Numbered from the stretch's first letter, positions 54,002-64,000 are shown. The stretch: DNA of 64,000 bases from Nitrososphaerota archaeon (GCA_041641305.1 JBEPYN010000001.1:64001-128000); one strand, 5' to 3'. Numbers and translations: made by a program. Notes: generated by a model not told the origin, from the letters alone.

Positions 54002-55708
54002 TTGAATATGGATGGTTTGGAGTTTGTTCTAAGCAGGCCTTGGACACGGTTTTACCATAGCCAGGTTAATCCAAACATAACTGCTCCATCTGTTTCTCTT
54101 CCCCAGTTGTTCGACGAGGTTTGCGCAAAGTATTCGAAAAAGGTGGCAGCGATCTTTCTTGACACACCTATAACCTTTGAGGCGTTGAAAAACTATTGTG
54201 ACAGGTTTGCAACAGTCCTTAGCAAGCTTGGAGTGGGAAAGGGAAGTCGTGTAATGATAATCCTCCCCAACAGCATCCAGTTCATCGTCTCGTACTACGG
54301 TGTCTTGAAGACAGGTGCCACGGTTGTTCCGGTAAACCCGCTTAGCACAGGACAGGAGATAAAGGAGCTTGCTAGACTTTCAGAAGCCACAGTAATTATT
54401 TCACTCGACCTTTTCATAGACGAGGTGTTAGGTGTTCTCGGAGAAACCAAGGTCAAACATGTTATAGTCACAAACATAGCAGACCATCTACCCGCTTTCA
54501 AAAGAAGCCTAGGAAAAATTTTGAAGAAAATTCCGTCCAAACAAGTGCCGAGCAATCCGGTAGTCAAGAGCTATGTCGAGATGATATCTGGCCCATCCGA
54601 GAAGCTTGTACCCGATGTCGATCCGGAGAAAGACCTTGCTTCGATACAGTTCACGGGAGGCACGACAGGTTTTCCAAAAGGTGTGATGCTTACCCACCAC
54701 AACATCGTCTCCAACATTTTCCAGATGTATGAGTTCATCAGGCCATATATCGATGAAGGCAATGAGCGCTTCGCGGCTCTGCTACCTTTTTACCATATTT
54801 ATGGCCAGAGCGTTATTCTGGGGGCGGGGCTGTTGATGGGTAACACCCTCGTGATATTCCCGAGGCTTGAGTTGGATAAATTCATGAGAGACCTAGAAAA
54901 ATATGGTGTTACAATCTTTCCCGGTGTCCCAACTCTGTTCAACCTTATGTCCAAACACAGGCTCGCGGACCAGATCAAGTATCCTAAACTAAAGCTGGTG
55001 ATATCGGGCGCTGATATGCTTCCTCCTGAAGTTGCTGAGAGCTTTGAGAAAAAATTTGGCAAAAAAATCGTGGAAGGTTATGGATTGTCCGAGGCCTCGC
55101 CCGTGACACACGTTAACCCGCCCGACAAGGTGAGAAGGGGCTCCTTCGGCGTTCCTATACCATCTACTCTGGCGGCGATCATAAACCCCGATACCAAGCA
55201 GTTTCTCGGACCCGGTGAAGTAGGCGAAATAATCGTATCAGGGCCACAGGTTATGCAGGGATACCTAGGACAAGATAACAGCGGAGTCTTTCTATACGAG
55301 GCAGGTAGAAAATGGCTTCGGACAGGCGATATGGGTCAAATGGACAGTGACGGCTACTTCTACTTCGCCGAAAGAGCTAAGGACATCATCAAGCACAAAG
55401 GCTTCACGGTCTTCCCCGCCGAGATAGAGAAGGTATTGTATGAGTCGGAGGCTGTAAAGGAGGCCGCAGTAGTCGGTTTACCGGACCCCGTGGTAGGTGA
55501 GAAAATTGTTGCTGCTGTGGTGCTGAAGCCTGAATACGGCCCTGAACATGTAAAAACGCTTCACGAGCTATGCAGTAACAGGCTCGCTGAATACAAAAGG
55601 CCTTCCGAAATCGTGATCGTCGATGAACTCCCCAAATCCCTTGTGGGCAAAATGCTGCGACGCCGCGTCCGCGAAATCGTGAAAGAAAAACTGTCAACCC
55701 AAGCGTAA
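54002..55708 (+). CDS. Long-chain fatty acid--CoA ligase
   Basis: QFTGGTTGFPKG, EGYGLSE, LRTGD, LPKSLVGK. Confidence 0.93.
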   Translation: MNMDGLEFVLSRPWTRFYHSQVNPNITAPSVSLPQLFDEVCAKYSKKVAAIFLDTPITFEALKNYCDRFATVLSKLGVGKGSRVMIILPNSIQFIVSYYGVLKTGATVVPVNPLSTGQEIKELARLSEATVIISLDLFIDEVLGVLGETKVKHVIVTNIADHLPAFKRSLGKILKKIPSKQVPSNPVVKSYVEMISGPSEKLVPDVDPEKDLASIQFTGGTTGFPKGVMLTHHNIVSNIFQMYEFIRPYIDEGNERFAALLPFYHIYGQSVILGAGLLMGNTLVIFPRLELDKFMRDLEKYGVTIFPGVPTLFNLMSKHRLADQIKYPKLKLVISGADMLPPEVAESFEKKFGKKIVEGYGLSEASPVTHVNPPDKVRRGSFGVPIPSTLAAIINPDTKQFLGPGEVGEIIVSGPQVMQGYLGQDNSGVFLYEAGRKWLRTGDMGQMDSDGYFYFAERAKDIIKHKGFTVFPAEIEKVLYESEAVKEAAVVGLPDPVVGEKIVAAVVLKPEYGPEHVKTLHELCSNRLAEYKRPSEIVIVDELPKSLVGKMLRRRVREIVKEKLSTQA

Positions 55709-55745
55709 AACATCTATTTATTGTGAACTGCTGAAACATATCTCC

Positions 55746-56888
55746 GTGAATGTCGGTTTAGATAGGGTTGAGAAAGGATTAGAAAACATCGCTATCAAGG
55801 AAACCCGTTTATCAAGTATTGATGGCGAACAGGGGAAGCTTTACTATGTAGGCTACCCTATTGAAGAGTTGGCTGAATATTCCTCCTATGAGGAGGTCTG
55901 CTTTCTGCTTCTCAATGGTAGGCTGCCTACGAAAGACGAGTTAAGAAATTTTTCTGCCACGCTTGTCTCAGAGAGACATCTTCCACCGCAAGTAATAGAT
56001 ATTCTCAGGAGGCTTCCCCGCAACGCCCCTCTGATGAGCTGGTTAAAAACAGGCGTGGATCTGCTATCGCTCTTTGACGCAGATGCTGAGAAGACTGACG
56101 ACGAATCAAGGATGAGAACAGCGACCAGATTAATTTCTAGGATTGCTACATTAACGGCTACATCTTATCGCTTGGCTCGAGGGCTTGAACCCGTGGAACC
56201 GAGGGCCGATCTTTCTCATGCGGGAAATTTTCTCTACATGGCGACAGGCAACAAGCCTTCTTCTCTTGAGGAGAAAATAATGGATGTGGCGTTTATTCTG
56301 CATGCAGAGCATGAGCTGCCTGCCTCGACTACGGCGGCCCTCGTCGTAGCATCTACTCTTTCAGATCTTTACTCGGCTGTGGCAGCTGGGATAGGTGCAT
56401 TGAAAGGGCCGCTTCATGGTGGGGCAAATGAGAAAGCCCTCGAGATGCTGCAGGCAATAAAGTCTCCTGAAATTGCCGAGGAGTATGTGGCCAACGAGCT
56501 CGCAGCCAAGAGGAGAATAATGGGGTTTGGACACCGTGTTTATAGAAGCTTTGACCCCCGTGCCAGAATATTCAAGAGGTATCTTGAGCAACTCTCCGAA
56601 AGAAGAGGCGACAAAACTTTGCTGCAAGTCGCCGAGGCTGTGGAAAAAGCCATGATGAAATATATGAGCGGCAAAAACATTTTCCCAAACATAGACCTCT
56701 ACTCAGGCCCTGTCTTCCATTTGCTTGGTTTGGGTAAGGAAATATTCACGCCGTTCTTCGCGTCGGCGAGGACAGTTGGCTGGATTGCACATGTTCTGGA
56801 ATATTGGAAAGAAAACCGGCTGATAAGGCCCCGAGCAGTATATGTTGGCCCAGAGCCGAGAAGCTACATACCTCTTGACAAACGATAA
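55746..56888 (+). CDS. Citrate synthase / 2-methylcitrate synthase
   Basis: LHAEH, LKGPLHGGANE, MGFGHRVY, PNID, RLIRP. Confidence 0.93.
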   Translation: MNVGLDRVEKGLENIAIKETRLSSIDGEQGKLYYVGYPIEELAEYSSYEEVCFLLLNGRLPTKDELRNFSATLVSERHLPPQVIDILRRLPRNAPLMSWLKTGVDLLSLFDADAEKTDDESRMRTATRLISRIATLTATSYRLARGLEPVEPRADLSHAGNFLYMATGNKPSSLEEKIMDVAFILHAEHELPASTTAALVVASTLSDLYSAVAAGIGALKGPLHGGANEKALEMLQAIKSPEIAEEYVANELAAKRRIMGFGHRVYRSFDPRARIFKRYLEQLSERRGDKTLLQVAEAVEKAMMKYMSGKNIFPNIDLYSGPVFHLLGLGKEIFTPFFASARTVGWIAHVLEYWKENRLIRPRAVYVGPEPRSYIPLDKR

Positions 56889-57585
56889 GCCCACCACGTT
56901 ATTGACACTTCAAGTCCGCCCAGCAGAAGTCGAAACCCGGCTTAACAGGTTTCTAGTGGCGGCGGAAGATGAAGGACGTAAAGTTTTACTTCACTTAACC
57001 AACACAGGCCGTTTACATGACCTCATTTACCGAGGCGCATCAATTCTCTATGTCCCAAAACCATCCGCCAAAACAGACGGATATTTAGCGGGGGTAAAGG
57101 TCGGCGACCTTGCTGCTGTAATCGACACAAAACTTCAGGCCAAATGTTTTGAAGAGGCCTTCAAACGGAGGCTAATTCCTTGGCTCAGCAAATATCTCCA
57201 GTACAAGAAAGAGACCTACTACATGCGGAGAAGGTTTGACTATCTGCTCGAGTCTGACACAGAAAAAGCTTTTCTCGAGCTCAAGTCAGCGGCCTATCTT
57301 AGCCCCGACGGGGCCGCCATGTATCCGGACACGGTCTCAATCCGCGGTAGAGAACATGTAAAGAAACTAGCCGAAATCTCCACATCAAGCAAGGCATACC
57401 TAGTCTTCGTTGCAGCGCATCCCGGGGCACGTTGTTTCACCCCATGCGACGAAGGAGACCCACAGATGAGACCCCTCCTTAAGATAGCAAAGGAAAAAGG
57501 AGTTGTCGTCAGGGCTTTCAAAATTCATATGAGTCTCGAGGGAGATGTCTACTTGGGTGACCCAGATCTTCCCGTTGTTTTATAG
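56842..57585 (+). CDS. sfsA: DNA/RNA nuclease SfsA (start uncertain)
   Basis: RLNRF, HL.NTGRL, RFDY, ELKS, YPD..S.RG..H...L. Confidence 0.88.
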   Translation: MLAQSREATYLLTNDKPTTLLTLQVRPAEVETRLNRFLVAAEDEGRKVLLHLTNTGRLHDLIYRGASILYVPKPSAKTDGYLAGVKVGDLAAVIDTKLQAKCFEEAFKRRLIPWLSKYLQYKKETYYMRRRFDYLLESDTEKAFLELKSAAYLSPDGAAMYPDTVSIRGREHVKKLAEISTSSKAYLVFVAAHPGARCFTPCDEGDPQMRPLLKIAKEKGVVVRAFKIHMSLEGDVYLGDPDLPVVL

Positions 57586-58437
57586 GAGGGTTGCCGCCGC
57601 TGTTGCGGCAAATATTATGAATAGCCATGGGCTGGAAATTTTGAAGGCTCGCCAGGCGGCTGACGGGGAGTAGTTTATGCATGGTTTTATGCTCTCCATC
57701 AGGAGCCATGTTGAAAAGGGTCCTACAATGACAAGGTAGAGAAGCTTGTTGTTGACAAACATGGTCATGTAGATTGCTGCGGCCACGGCTATCAAGTTGG
57801 AGGCCAAGGTAGCTATCGAGGTTGTCCGCACTCCATAAACAACGGGAAGCATCGGCACACCTGCTGCTGAATAATCCTTAACAGCCCTTGACGCAAGAGA
57901 CCAGAAATGTCCCGGTGTCCAGAGAAAAACAAGCAAAGCCATGAAGATGGGCAAAGCCCCCAAACCTCCGCCAGCCGCAGTCCATCCAGCAAGGGGTGCA
58001 AAAGATCCCGCAACTCCTCCAATAACAATATTCCAAACAGTCCTACGCTTGAGCCAAATAGTGTAAACCAACACATAGACCAGGGCCCCGGATAAAATGA
58101 ACAAGGCTGTCAAGACGTTGTAAGCATAGAGAGAATATAGAACAGCGGCGGCAATCATGCCAAAACCCAGAAAAGCAGCTGTACGAGGACTTACCCTCCC
58201 GGCAGGTATAGGTCTTGCCGCCGTTCTCCTCATTCTGGAATCGATGTCTGCGTCAAGATAGTGGTTTAAGGCACTGGCGCCTCCCACGGAGAGGTAACCC
58301 GCGATCACCAAGTGAACCATGTTGAGGATGTTCCCGCCAGCTGAGAGATATGCGGCTACGGCGGCGAAAATGTTCAGAAGAGTTATCTTAGGCTTGGTCA
58401 GGTTTAGGAGGTCGCGCCCTGTCATCTGGGAACGCAT
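57580..58437 (-). CDS. ctaB: Protoheme IX farnesyltransferase (heme o synthase)
   Basis: LTKPKI, N.YLD.DID..M.RT..RP.P.G, YT.WLKRR, WTPGHFW, DY..AGVPMLP. Confidence 0.93.
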   Translation of the reverse strand: MRSQMTGRDLLNLTKPKITLLNIFAAVAAYLSAGGNILNMVHLVIAGYLSVGGASALNHYLDADIDSRMRRTAARPIPAGRVSPRTAAFLGFGMIAAAVLYSLYAYNVLTALFILSGALVYVLVYTIWLKRRTVWNIVIGGVAGSFAPLAGWTAAGGGLGALPIFMALLVFLWTPGHFWSLASRAVKDYSAAGVPMLPVVYGVRTTSIATLASNLIAVAAAIYMTMFVNNKLLYLVIVGPFSTWLLMESIKPCINYSPSAAWRAFKISSPWLFIIFAATAAATLL

Positions 58438-58451
58438 CTCCAGTGCATAAT

Positions 58452-59315
58452 TTATAAGTTCTGTGAGATAAAGAGGCTGATGTAGGATAGGGCAATCACA
58501 GCTGCGACAGCTTTCTCCCAGCTGACACCTTTTGCGCTCACCAGCACCGCGGCCAAAGCCGCCAACTGCCACACGTGGAAAAACATGTAAACACCATAGG
58601 AAACCGCGCCGAACCACCCATTTCCCAACAGACCAAACCCGGACAGAACTGCAAACAACGTCAACAAAAGGTTTGAGGGTGTGAGAGCGAGAGGAACCGT
58701 TGCGGCAATCAACATTTCTCCTCCTTTTTTAAACGACATCAAAAATCCAGTCCCAAGCATCAACAATATCAAAAGACCCATGTTGCCGGCCGCGTATAGT
58801 AGGGCAAGCTCAGGTGACCCAACCGGCCTAAAATGGAGAATGATCTGGCTGTTAGACACCCGCCATGACAGCAGCATGTAAACAATAAGGGAAATGAGCG
58901 AGACCGGGACAAGCGTGGAATGGGTTAACTGAACTCTCCTAAGCAGGGGGTTCAGAGTAAAAGCATATACGTATCTTTTTAAGCCCATAGGCTCGGCGAC
59001 GCTCGTCTCAGCCAGAAAATCACTGACCTTCATCGAATCAACCAGCCTAAGCCCCTTTTCACTCAACCGATACCTACGCTTATCGGTTTTCACCACAAAA
59101 GGCTGCATAAACTCGAGATGGTAATACAGGGTTCCGACGCTGATGCCCAAAACTCTTTTAAGGTCGGATGCTGACATGGACCCGTTCTCCTTCAACAGGG
59201 TAATTATTTGTCTCCTAACGGGGTTTTTGAGCAAGCTGTAAAAAAACAACTTCTCATCCTTAGGTTCTAAAGATTTAGACTCGTTAACTAAATCCAGGTT
59301 TTCTTCCTGCCCCAT
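58452..59315 (-). CDS. ArsR-type HTH regulator fused to a multi-pass membrane domain
   Basis: LKNPVRRQII.LL...SASDL...LGIS.GTLYYHL...YRLSEKG, then about 5 TM segments. Confidence 0.8.
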   Translation of the reverse strand: MGQEENLDLVNESKSLEPKDEKLFFYSLLKNPVRRQIITLLKENGSMSASDLKRVLGISVGTLYYHLEFMQPFVVKTDKRRYRLSEKGLRLVDSMKVSDFLAETSVAEPMGLKRYVYAFTLNPLLRRVQLTHSTLVPVSLISLIVYMLLSWRVSNSQIILHFRPVGSPELALLYAAGNMGLLILLMLGTGFLMSFKKGGEMLIAATVPLALTPSNLLLTLFAVLSGFGLLGNGWFGAVSYGVYMFFHVWQLAALAAVLVSAKGVSWEKAVAAVIALSYISLFISQNL

Positions 59316-59372
59316 AGTTTGTCTCAAGTTTCGAGAACCCCTACTAAAAATCTTTCGCTCTAACTTGTTAGA
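59266..59372. promoter_or_regulatory. Two 14-bp palindromes TCTAA-N4-TTAGA (59266-59279, 59359-59372), putative operator
   Basis: TCTAAAGATTTAGA and TCTAACTTGTTAGA; the second lies just upstream of a TATA-like ATATATA (about 59384). Confidence 0.55.
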
Positions 59373-59417
59373 AAACTCATTCAATATATAGCGGGGTAGG
59401 CTAACAGCCTCTAGGGC

Positions 59418-60635
59418 GTGAAAAAATCGACTAAACTGGCGGCGACAACAATCATCATGTCGCTTTTCCTCCTATCTATGGCTATAGCTTGGGCGGCGGA
59501 TGAGAAACCCTCTGCAAAAAATGTTTCTGACTACTTAGCGAGCTTCGCAGCGGAGGGCGTAGAGCTTCCAAACATTTCATCCTTTATTAAAAAAAGTGGA
59601 GACGAGAGAGGCCTAACATTTTTGAGACGAGTTCTCGAGTTCCTTTGGAACATTTATCAATCCGACCCCCCTACAGGAATTCAAGGTGCTCAGATCCTCG
59701 ACGAAATATATGGTCTTAGGATAAACCACAAGGTTGACGACATGGCTGCATACATTCTTGATGCAGCTGAGCAGCTTATTCAGCAGGGTTCTGTCACTCT
59801 CAGCGGTGAGAAGGCGCAGGACTCTTATTCGAAAGCGTCGATTTTGGTTGAGGCTGGTAGCAACTTTCTGCTCGGTAAAGGCGTTGACCTCCGTGTAATA
59901 AAAGGTGGCGAGATAGATAATCAACAGTTAGAGATAATTATAGCAACAATTAACACGTCAAAGGGTCCGGTAAAAATCTACGTAACGCAAGAAAAAGAGA
60001 CATCGAGCAACCAAACAGTCACCGTCTCGAGAAGCGTTTACATAAGCCTGGAGAACACCATAATCATCCAAAAAGAAACTGAAAAAAGTCATCAGCCCAG
60101 TGAAGAGGAAAAACAGCTTTTGATAGGTGAAAACATCGGAATAGGTGCTATACTAAGCCTCAAGAAAACCGACACCCAAAAACAAATCGAGAAAACCGAG
60201 TACGATGTCAAAGTCCTCGAACACGCGTTTGACGGAGGCTACATTAGGCTTGTATTATCTTCCGAATCTTCTGAGCAAGGCAGGTTGATCATACTGGATG
60301 TGGATAAATCAATTCAAAGAGAATACTTTCCAAGGGATGTTTCTGTTAGGGTGAACGGTGAGCCCGCTAAGCTCGCCTCAAGCGTCTCCGAGGTGCTTTC
60401 AGGAGAGATAGATAAACCAGCATACTTTCTTGCTTTGACGGGCAGCGGTCTTCAGATTGTTCTCTACATACCCAGCTGGTCGACCAAGGTAGTGTTGATA
60501 GGCTCCTCCTCATCTCTCTCATATTTGATATCAATACCGAGCTTTGTCGGCAGAGAAAACGAGTTCGCGGCAACCACTTTAGCGGCTGCGGTTTTAATCA
60601 TAGCCCTCGTCGTCAATCGTTTAAAGCGAACATAG
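59418..60635 (+). CDS. Secreted, C-terminally anchored surface protein, unknown function
   Basis: Signal peptide (AWA-A), beta-rich C-domain ending LYIPSWST, C-terminal TM plus RLKR. Confidence 0.75.
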   Translation: MKKSTKLAATTIIMSLFLLSMAIAWAADEKPSAKNVSDYLASFAAEGVELPNISSFIKKSGDERGLTFLRRVLEFLWNIYQSDPPTGIQGAQILDEIYGLRINHKVDDMAAYILDAAEQLIQQGSVTLSGEKAQDSYSKASILVEAGSNFLLGKGVDLRVIKGGEIDNQQLEIIIATINTSKGPVKIYVTQEKETSSNQTVTVSRSVYISLENTIIIQKETEKSHQPSEEEKQLLIGENIGIGAILSLKKTDTQKQIEKTEYDVKVLEHAFDGGYIRLVLSSESSEQGRLIILDVDKSIQREYFPRDVSVRVNGEPAKLASSVSEVLSGEIDKPAYFLALTGSGLQIVLYIPSWSTKVVLIGSSSSLSYLISIPSFVGRENEFAATTLAAAVLIIALVVNRLKRT

Positions 60636-61053
60636 TAGCGTTAACTTTGTGCTTCACATAAAATTCTACAAGCCTCCTCGTATACTGTTCCATGGGAAGC
60701 ATGAGAGCGTGGCTCGGCTTTTTCCAAACATAGCCGACGATCTCCTCACCATCTACGGTTACTTTGTCGCTAACCGCTTTGCATAAAACATCTACGAAGA
60801 TGAAGTGTTTTCCCGCGTGCTTGAAGTGCCGTGGGTGCAGAACTTCCTGTATAGCGATGACCTTGAGGGGTTTGACCCTAAGGCCCACTTCCTCCAAAGC
60901 CTCTCTCACCACAGCGTCAAAGATTCTCTCTCCATAGTTAACGTGGCCGCCGGGAATGGAGTAGAGATAACCCCATTTGGGGCTAACTACGAGAAGAAGT
61001 CTCCCGGCACGGTCCAGTATGAATGCTCCGACGGTTAACTCAGGGGTCTTCAA
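60613..61053 (-). CDS. NUDIX hydrolase
   Basis: PGGHVNYGE...AVVREALEEVGL. Confidence 0.93.
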   Translation of the reverse strand: MKTPELTVGAFILDRAGRLLLVVSPKWGYLYSIPGGHVNYGERIFDAVVREALEEVGLRVKPLKVIAIQEVLHPRHFKHAGKHFIFVDVLCKAVSDKVTVDGEEIVGYVWKKPSHALMLPMEQYTRRLVEFYVKHKVNATMFALND

Positions 61054-63377
61054 CCCACTATTCTATGCATGGCTCTAAGGTCTTTCTCAAATATCTTCAG
61101 CTCAGCGGGTATCTCATAGTTTATCTCGTCTCTGAGAGACAGATTTAGGGATTTTTTCTTGGACCAGACAGCTGAGTTGAACTGTATGATTGCGTCAGTG
61201 TATCTGGTGAAGGTTTTTGACCACACGGGTTTGGGGAAAGTCTCGAGATGAATAGATCTTTTGCCGTAGAGCCTTCTCCAGATGTAGTCTGTTATGAAGG
61301 GAGTGATGGGGGCAAGTAGCAGCAGAGTCGTGCGCAGGACGGTGTGCAGGGTGTAGAAGGCTGATTTCTGCTCGGATTCTGTGAAACCCTGGCCATAAGC
61401 ACGTGGCTTCGACATTTCAACATAGTGCGACGCGAAAAGGTTCCACAGAAACCTTCGCACCTCGTTTGATGGGATAAAGAAGTTGTAACCACGGTATCCG
61501 GCGAGACATGTCTCAACTGTTTTTGAGAGCTCCGCGAGAATCCACCTGTCCGAGGGGGTTAAAGTCGCCTTACTAGGCTTTGGAAACATGGAAACGTATT
61601 TTGCGAGGTTCCAGAGCTTTGAGAGGAATTTTCCAGCGCTAGCTATACGTGCCTCAGATATTCTAAAGTCCTCGCCAAGGCTCGCTTCCTGTGCGTTCCA
61701 AAAACGGAAACAGTCGGCGCCATATTTATCGAGGATGGGCAAGGGGTCTATGACGTTGCCCTTGCTCTTGCTCATTTTTTCGCCATGTTCATCGAGGCCG
61801 AGACCACTTATCCAGACCTTGTCAAAAGGTCTCTTCCCAGTCAGCAAATAGCATCTCAACACAGTGTAGTAGAGCCATGTTCTCACAATCTCCTTTCCCT
61901 GAGGCCTTATTGAAACAGGGTAAAGACTGTCATGAAGCTTACCCGTTTTTCTGTCACTTATCACGAAAAGGGCTGAGATGCTTGAATCCATCCAAGTATC
62001 GAATGTCCGCTCGTCGCCTCTGAAGGATGTGGAGCCACAGCTTGGGCAACGGTCTACGGGGGCCTTCTCTCTCCAAGGTTGATGATATTGGCCGTCGACG
62101 GATAAGACAGGAGTCCCGCAAGAGTCACAGTACCACACAGGCACCTCTGTCGCATAGTATCGCCTCCTCGAAATGGGCCAGTCAATCGAAACCGAGTCTA
62201 TCCAGTTAAGGAGAAGCTGGCGAGAATGCTCCGGCAAGAACTCCATCTCATGCGCTATTTTCCTCAACTCGTTTAAGAAATCGAGCTGTTTTAGATAGTA
62301 TTCGTCCATAGGGATTATCTCGATGGGTGTTTTGCTTCTTTCGCAAATAGGTGTTGAGTGAACTATATTCTCGGATTTGATGTAGAGACCGGCGTCTACA
62401 AGCTTCTCCACTATAGCCTTACGCGCCTCCTCAACCGTCAAACCCTCAAGAAAACCTGCATTTTCATTCATTCTGCCCATCGTGTTTATGACAATTTTTT
62501 CCGGGAGTTTAAGCTCTCTAAAGAGACGCACATCGGTGTGGTCGCCGTAGCTGCATATCATTACGGCGCCTGTTCCGAAGTCAGGTTTAGCCTCTGGCCG
62601 GGCAACTATTGGAACTTTCTCATTAAAGAGAGGTGTGAAGGCCGTTCCGCCATCGAGGTGAGCGTAGCGTGTGTCCTCGGGGTTATATATGATGGCTCTG
62701 CAAGCAGGTATCAGTTCAGGTCTCGTGGTCGCGATGGGTATGGATCCCCCGTTCTCGAGTGGAAACTTGACATAGTGCAGCACCGACGGCAAATTCTCAT
62801 ACTCAACCTCTGCATCAGCGATTGTGGTGCCGCAGACTATGCAGTAGTTGTTCGGTCTTGAGGCCCTGTAAATCAGACCTTTTTTCCAAAGTTTTACAAA
62901 GGTGCTCTGTGTCAAACGCCTATACTCGGGAGAGTCTGTGCGGTAAATGTTCTTGAAATCTCCGCTGAGGCCCAGTCGCCTCATTATTTCAAGCATCTCG
63001 GACTCGAGCTCGTCGAGAGAGGTTCTGCATAACTCGATGAACCTTTCCCGTGGAGTATCGCGTATTGAGATGCCGTATTTCCGCTCGGTGTAAATCTCCA
63101 CAGGTAGCCCGTTTCTGTCTATACCTATGGGGAAAAGCGTCATGTATCCCATCATGCGGGATGTGCGAGCTATCATGTCGATTTGGCTGTAGTGTGCAGC
63201 GGCCCCTATGTGCCAGGGCCTACCGCTTGGATAGGGAGGTGGAGTGTCGATGACGAATTTCTTCTTACGTGACCTGATGTTGAACTTGTAAATGTCTTCT
63301 TTTTCCCATAGACTTAGTATCTCTTTTTCAAGCTGTGGGTTCCATGCCTTCTCTTCTAGACGTGGAGACGACGCCAT
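61050..63377 (-). CDS. valS: Valine--tRNA ligase
   Basis: IDTPPPYPSG..HIG, IATTRPE, DW.ISR, DTWMDSS, KMSKSKGN. Confidence 0.95.
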   Translation of the reverse strand: MASSPRLEEKAWNPQLEKEILSLWEKEDIYKFNIRSRKKKFVIDTPPPYPSGRPWHIGAAAHYSQIDMIARTSRMMGYMTLFPIGIDRNGLPVEIYTERKYGISIRDTPRERFIELCRTSLDELESEMLEIMRRLGLSGDFKNIYRTDSPEYRRLTQSTFVKLWKKGLIYRASRPNNYCIVCGTTIADAEVEYENLPSVLHYVKFPLENGGSIPIATTRPELIPACRAIIYNPEDTRYAHLDGGTAFTPLFNEKVPIVARPEAKPDFGTGAVMICSYGDHTDVRLFRELKLPEKIVINTMGRMNENAGFLEGLTVEEARKAIVEKLVDAGLYIKSENIVHSTPICERSKTPIEIIPMDEYYLKQLDFLNELRKIAHEMEFLPEHSRQLLLNWIDSVSIDWPISRRRYYATEVPVWYCDSCGTPVLSVDGQYHQPWREKAPVDRCPSCGSTSFRGDERTFDTWMDSSISALFVISDRKTGKLHDSLYPVSIRPQGKEIVRTWLYYTVLRCYLLTGKRPFDKVWISGLGLDEHGEKMSKSKGNVIDPLPILDKYGADCFRFWNAQEASLGEDFRISEARIASAGKFLSKLWNLAKYVSMFPKPSKATLTPSDRWILAELSKTVETCLAGYRGYNFFIPSNEVRRFLWNLFASHYVEMSKPRAYGQGFTESEQKSAFYTLHTVLRTTLLLLAPITPFITDYIWRRLYGKRSIHLETFPKPVWSKTFTRYTDAIIQFNSAVWSKKKSLNLSLRDEINYEIPAELKIFEKDLRAMHRIVG

Positions 63378-63412
63378 ACTGTTGAAAAACGGGTTTTGCG
63401 GTTGTTATAAAC

Positions 63413-63721
63413 TTAGACTAAGCCGAGAATTTCCCTGGCCTCGTCGCTCATCCTGTCAGGTGTCCACGGCGGGTCGAAAACAATGTCCACGTCGACGCGT
63501 TCAACGCCTTCTACGAGGGTCATAATGGCTTCCTTCACCTGCTCGGCCACGAAAGCCCCGACAGGGCAGCCCGGAGCAGTTAGGGTCATCTTTACGTAGA
63601 CAGTCTTGTCATCTACTATCTTAACATCATAAACGAGCCCGAGATCAACTATGTTCACCGGTATCTCTGGGTCGTAGCAGTTCTTTAGAGCCTCCATAAC
63701 CTGTTCAACAGTCGGCATCAA
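63413..63721 (-). CDS. DUF59/SufT (MIP18-like) Fe-S cluster assembly protein
   Basis: DPEIPVNIVDLGLVY, MTLTAPGCP, FDPPW. Confidence 0.93.
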   Translation of the reverse strand: MMPTVEQVMEALKNCYDPEIPVNIVDLGLVYDVKIVDDKTVYVKMTLTAPGCPVGAFVAEQVKEAIMTLVEGVERVDVDIVFDPPWTPDRMSDEAREILGLV

Positions 63722-63788
63722 CTCGTATATTTATCCAGATGTATATAAGCATGTAACTACAACCATAAAACGAGGAGTAGGAAACATC

Positions 63789-64000
63789 ATGGCTGGGATG
63801 AAGGCAGCCATCCTAGTTGGACAAGAGTTCGAGGACCTTGAGTTGTTTTATCCCTTGATACGTTTGAGAGAGGCGAATTATGTGGTGGAGGTTGTGGGGC
63901 CTGAGAGAAAAACATACCGCGGCAAGCACGGTATCGAGATAACCGCCGATAAATCAGTTGAGGAGGTTAAGCCTGTGGAATATACCTGCCTCATCATACC
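63789..64000 (+). CDS. PfpI/DJ-1 family protease, partial
   Basis: Manual translation MAGMKAAILVGQEFEDLELFYPLIRLREA...YRGKHG...Y..LIIP. Confidence 0.85.
   Translation, partial: MAGMKAAILVGQEFEDLELFYPLIRLREANYVVEVVGPERKTYRGKHGIEITADKSVEEVKPVEYTCLII

Noticed and set aside
63190-63250. Non-canonical HIGH motif (WHIGAAAH) in ValRS
   Set aside because: Within tolerated class I variation; the rest of the enzyme is intact.
351-63525. Numerous 60-200 aa antisense or alternate-frame ORFs such as 46014-46625 and 51234-51785
   Set aside because: Shadow ORFs of recognisable genes with no independent motifs.
1-64000. CRISPR arrays, rRNA, IS elements, Sec/Pyl read-through
   Set aside because: No regularly spaced repeats, rRNA signature, transposase or in-frame stop within a conserved gene was seen.

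Overview
A compact, gene-dense archaeal chromosomal segment. It is most consistent with an Aigarchaeota/Caldarchaeales (Ca. Caldiarchaeum-like) TACK genome. This is inferred from S25e, L14e and L34e, BHB introns and protein style; no database search was run. Positions 1.7-13.6 kb hold the S10/spc-type ribosomal protein superoperon (L22 to SecY, DUF106, L34e, an inverted cmk, L14e, cbf5). cbf5 is interrupted by a 14-nt bulge-helix-bulge (BHB) intron inside the catalytic Asp codon. There are four tRNA genes: Ser-GGA, Thr-GGT (with a 23-nt non-canonical 45/46 BHB intron), Lys-TTT and Thr-TGT. Positions 14-26 kb hold a strand-scrambled peptide-type ABC system with a membrane-anchored Asp-box beta-propeller and a frameshifted VOC pseudogene. 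The remainder is mostly housekeeping: an Orc1/Cdc6 paralog, atpI, TFE, Trm56, HisC, TrxA, RqcH, RadA, ApgM, citrate synthase, heme o synthase and ValS. The most notable uncharacterised items are a two-membrane-protein plus degenerate KaiC-like module, a membrane-tethered HTH regulator with repeated palindromic sites facing a surface protein, an EMC6/OPTI-like gene (likely partner of the DUF106 insertase), an acidic L35Ae-like protein, and a recurring AC-to-GT strand-composition switch at promoters. No CRISPR array, rRNA or mobile element was seen.
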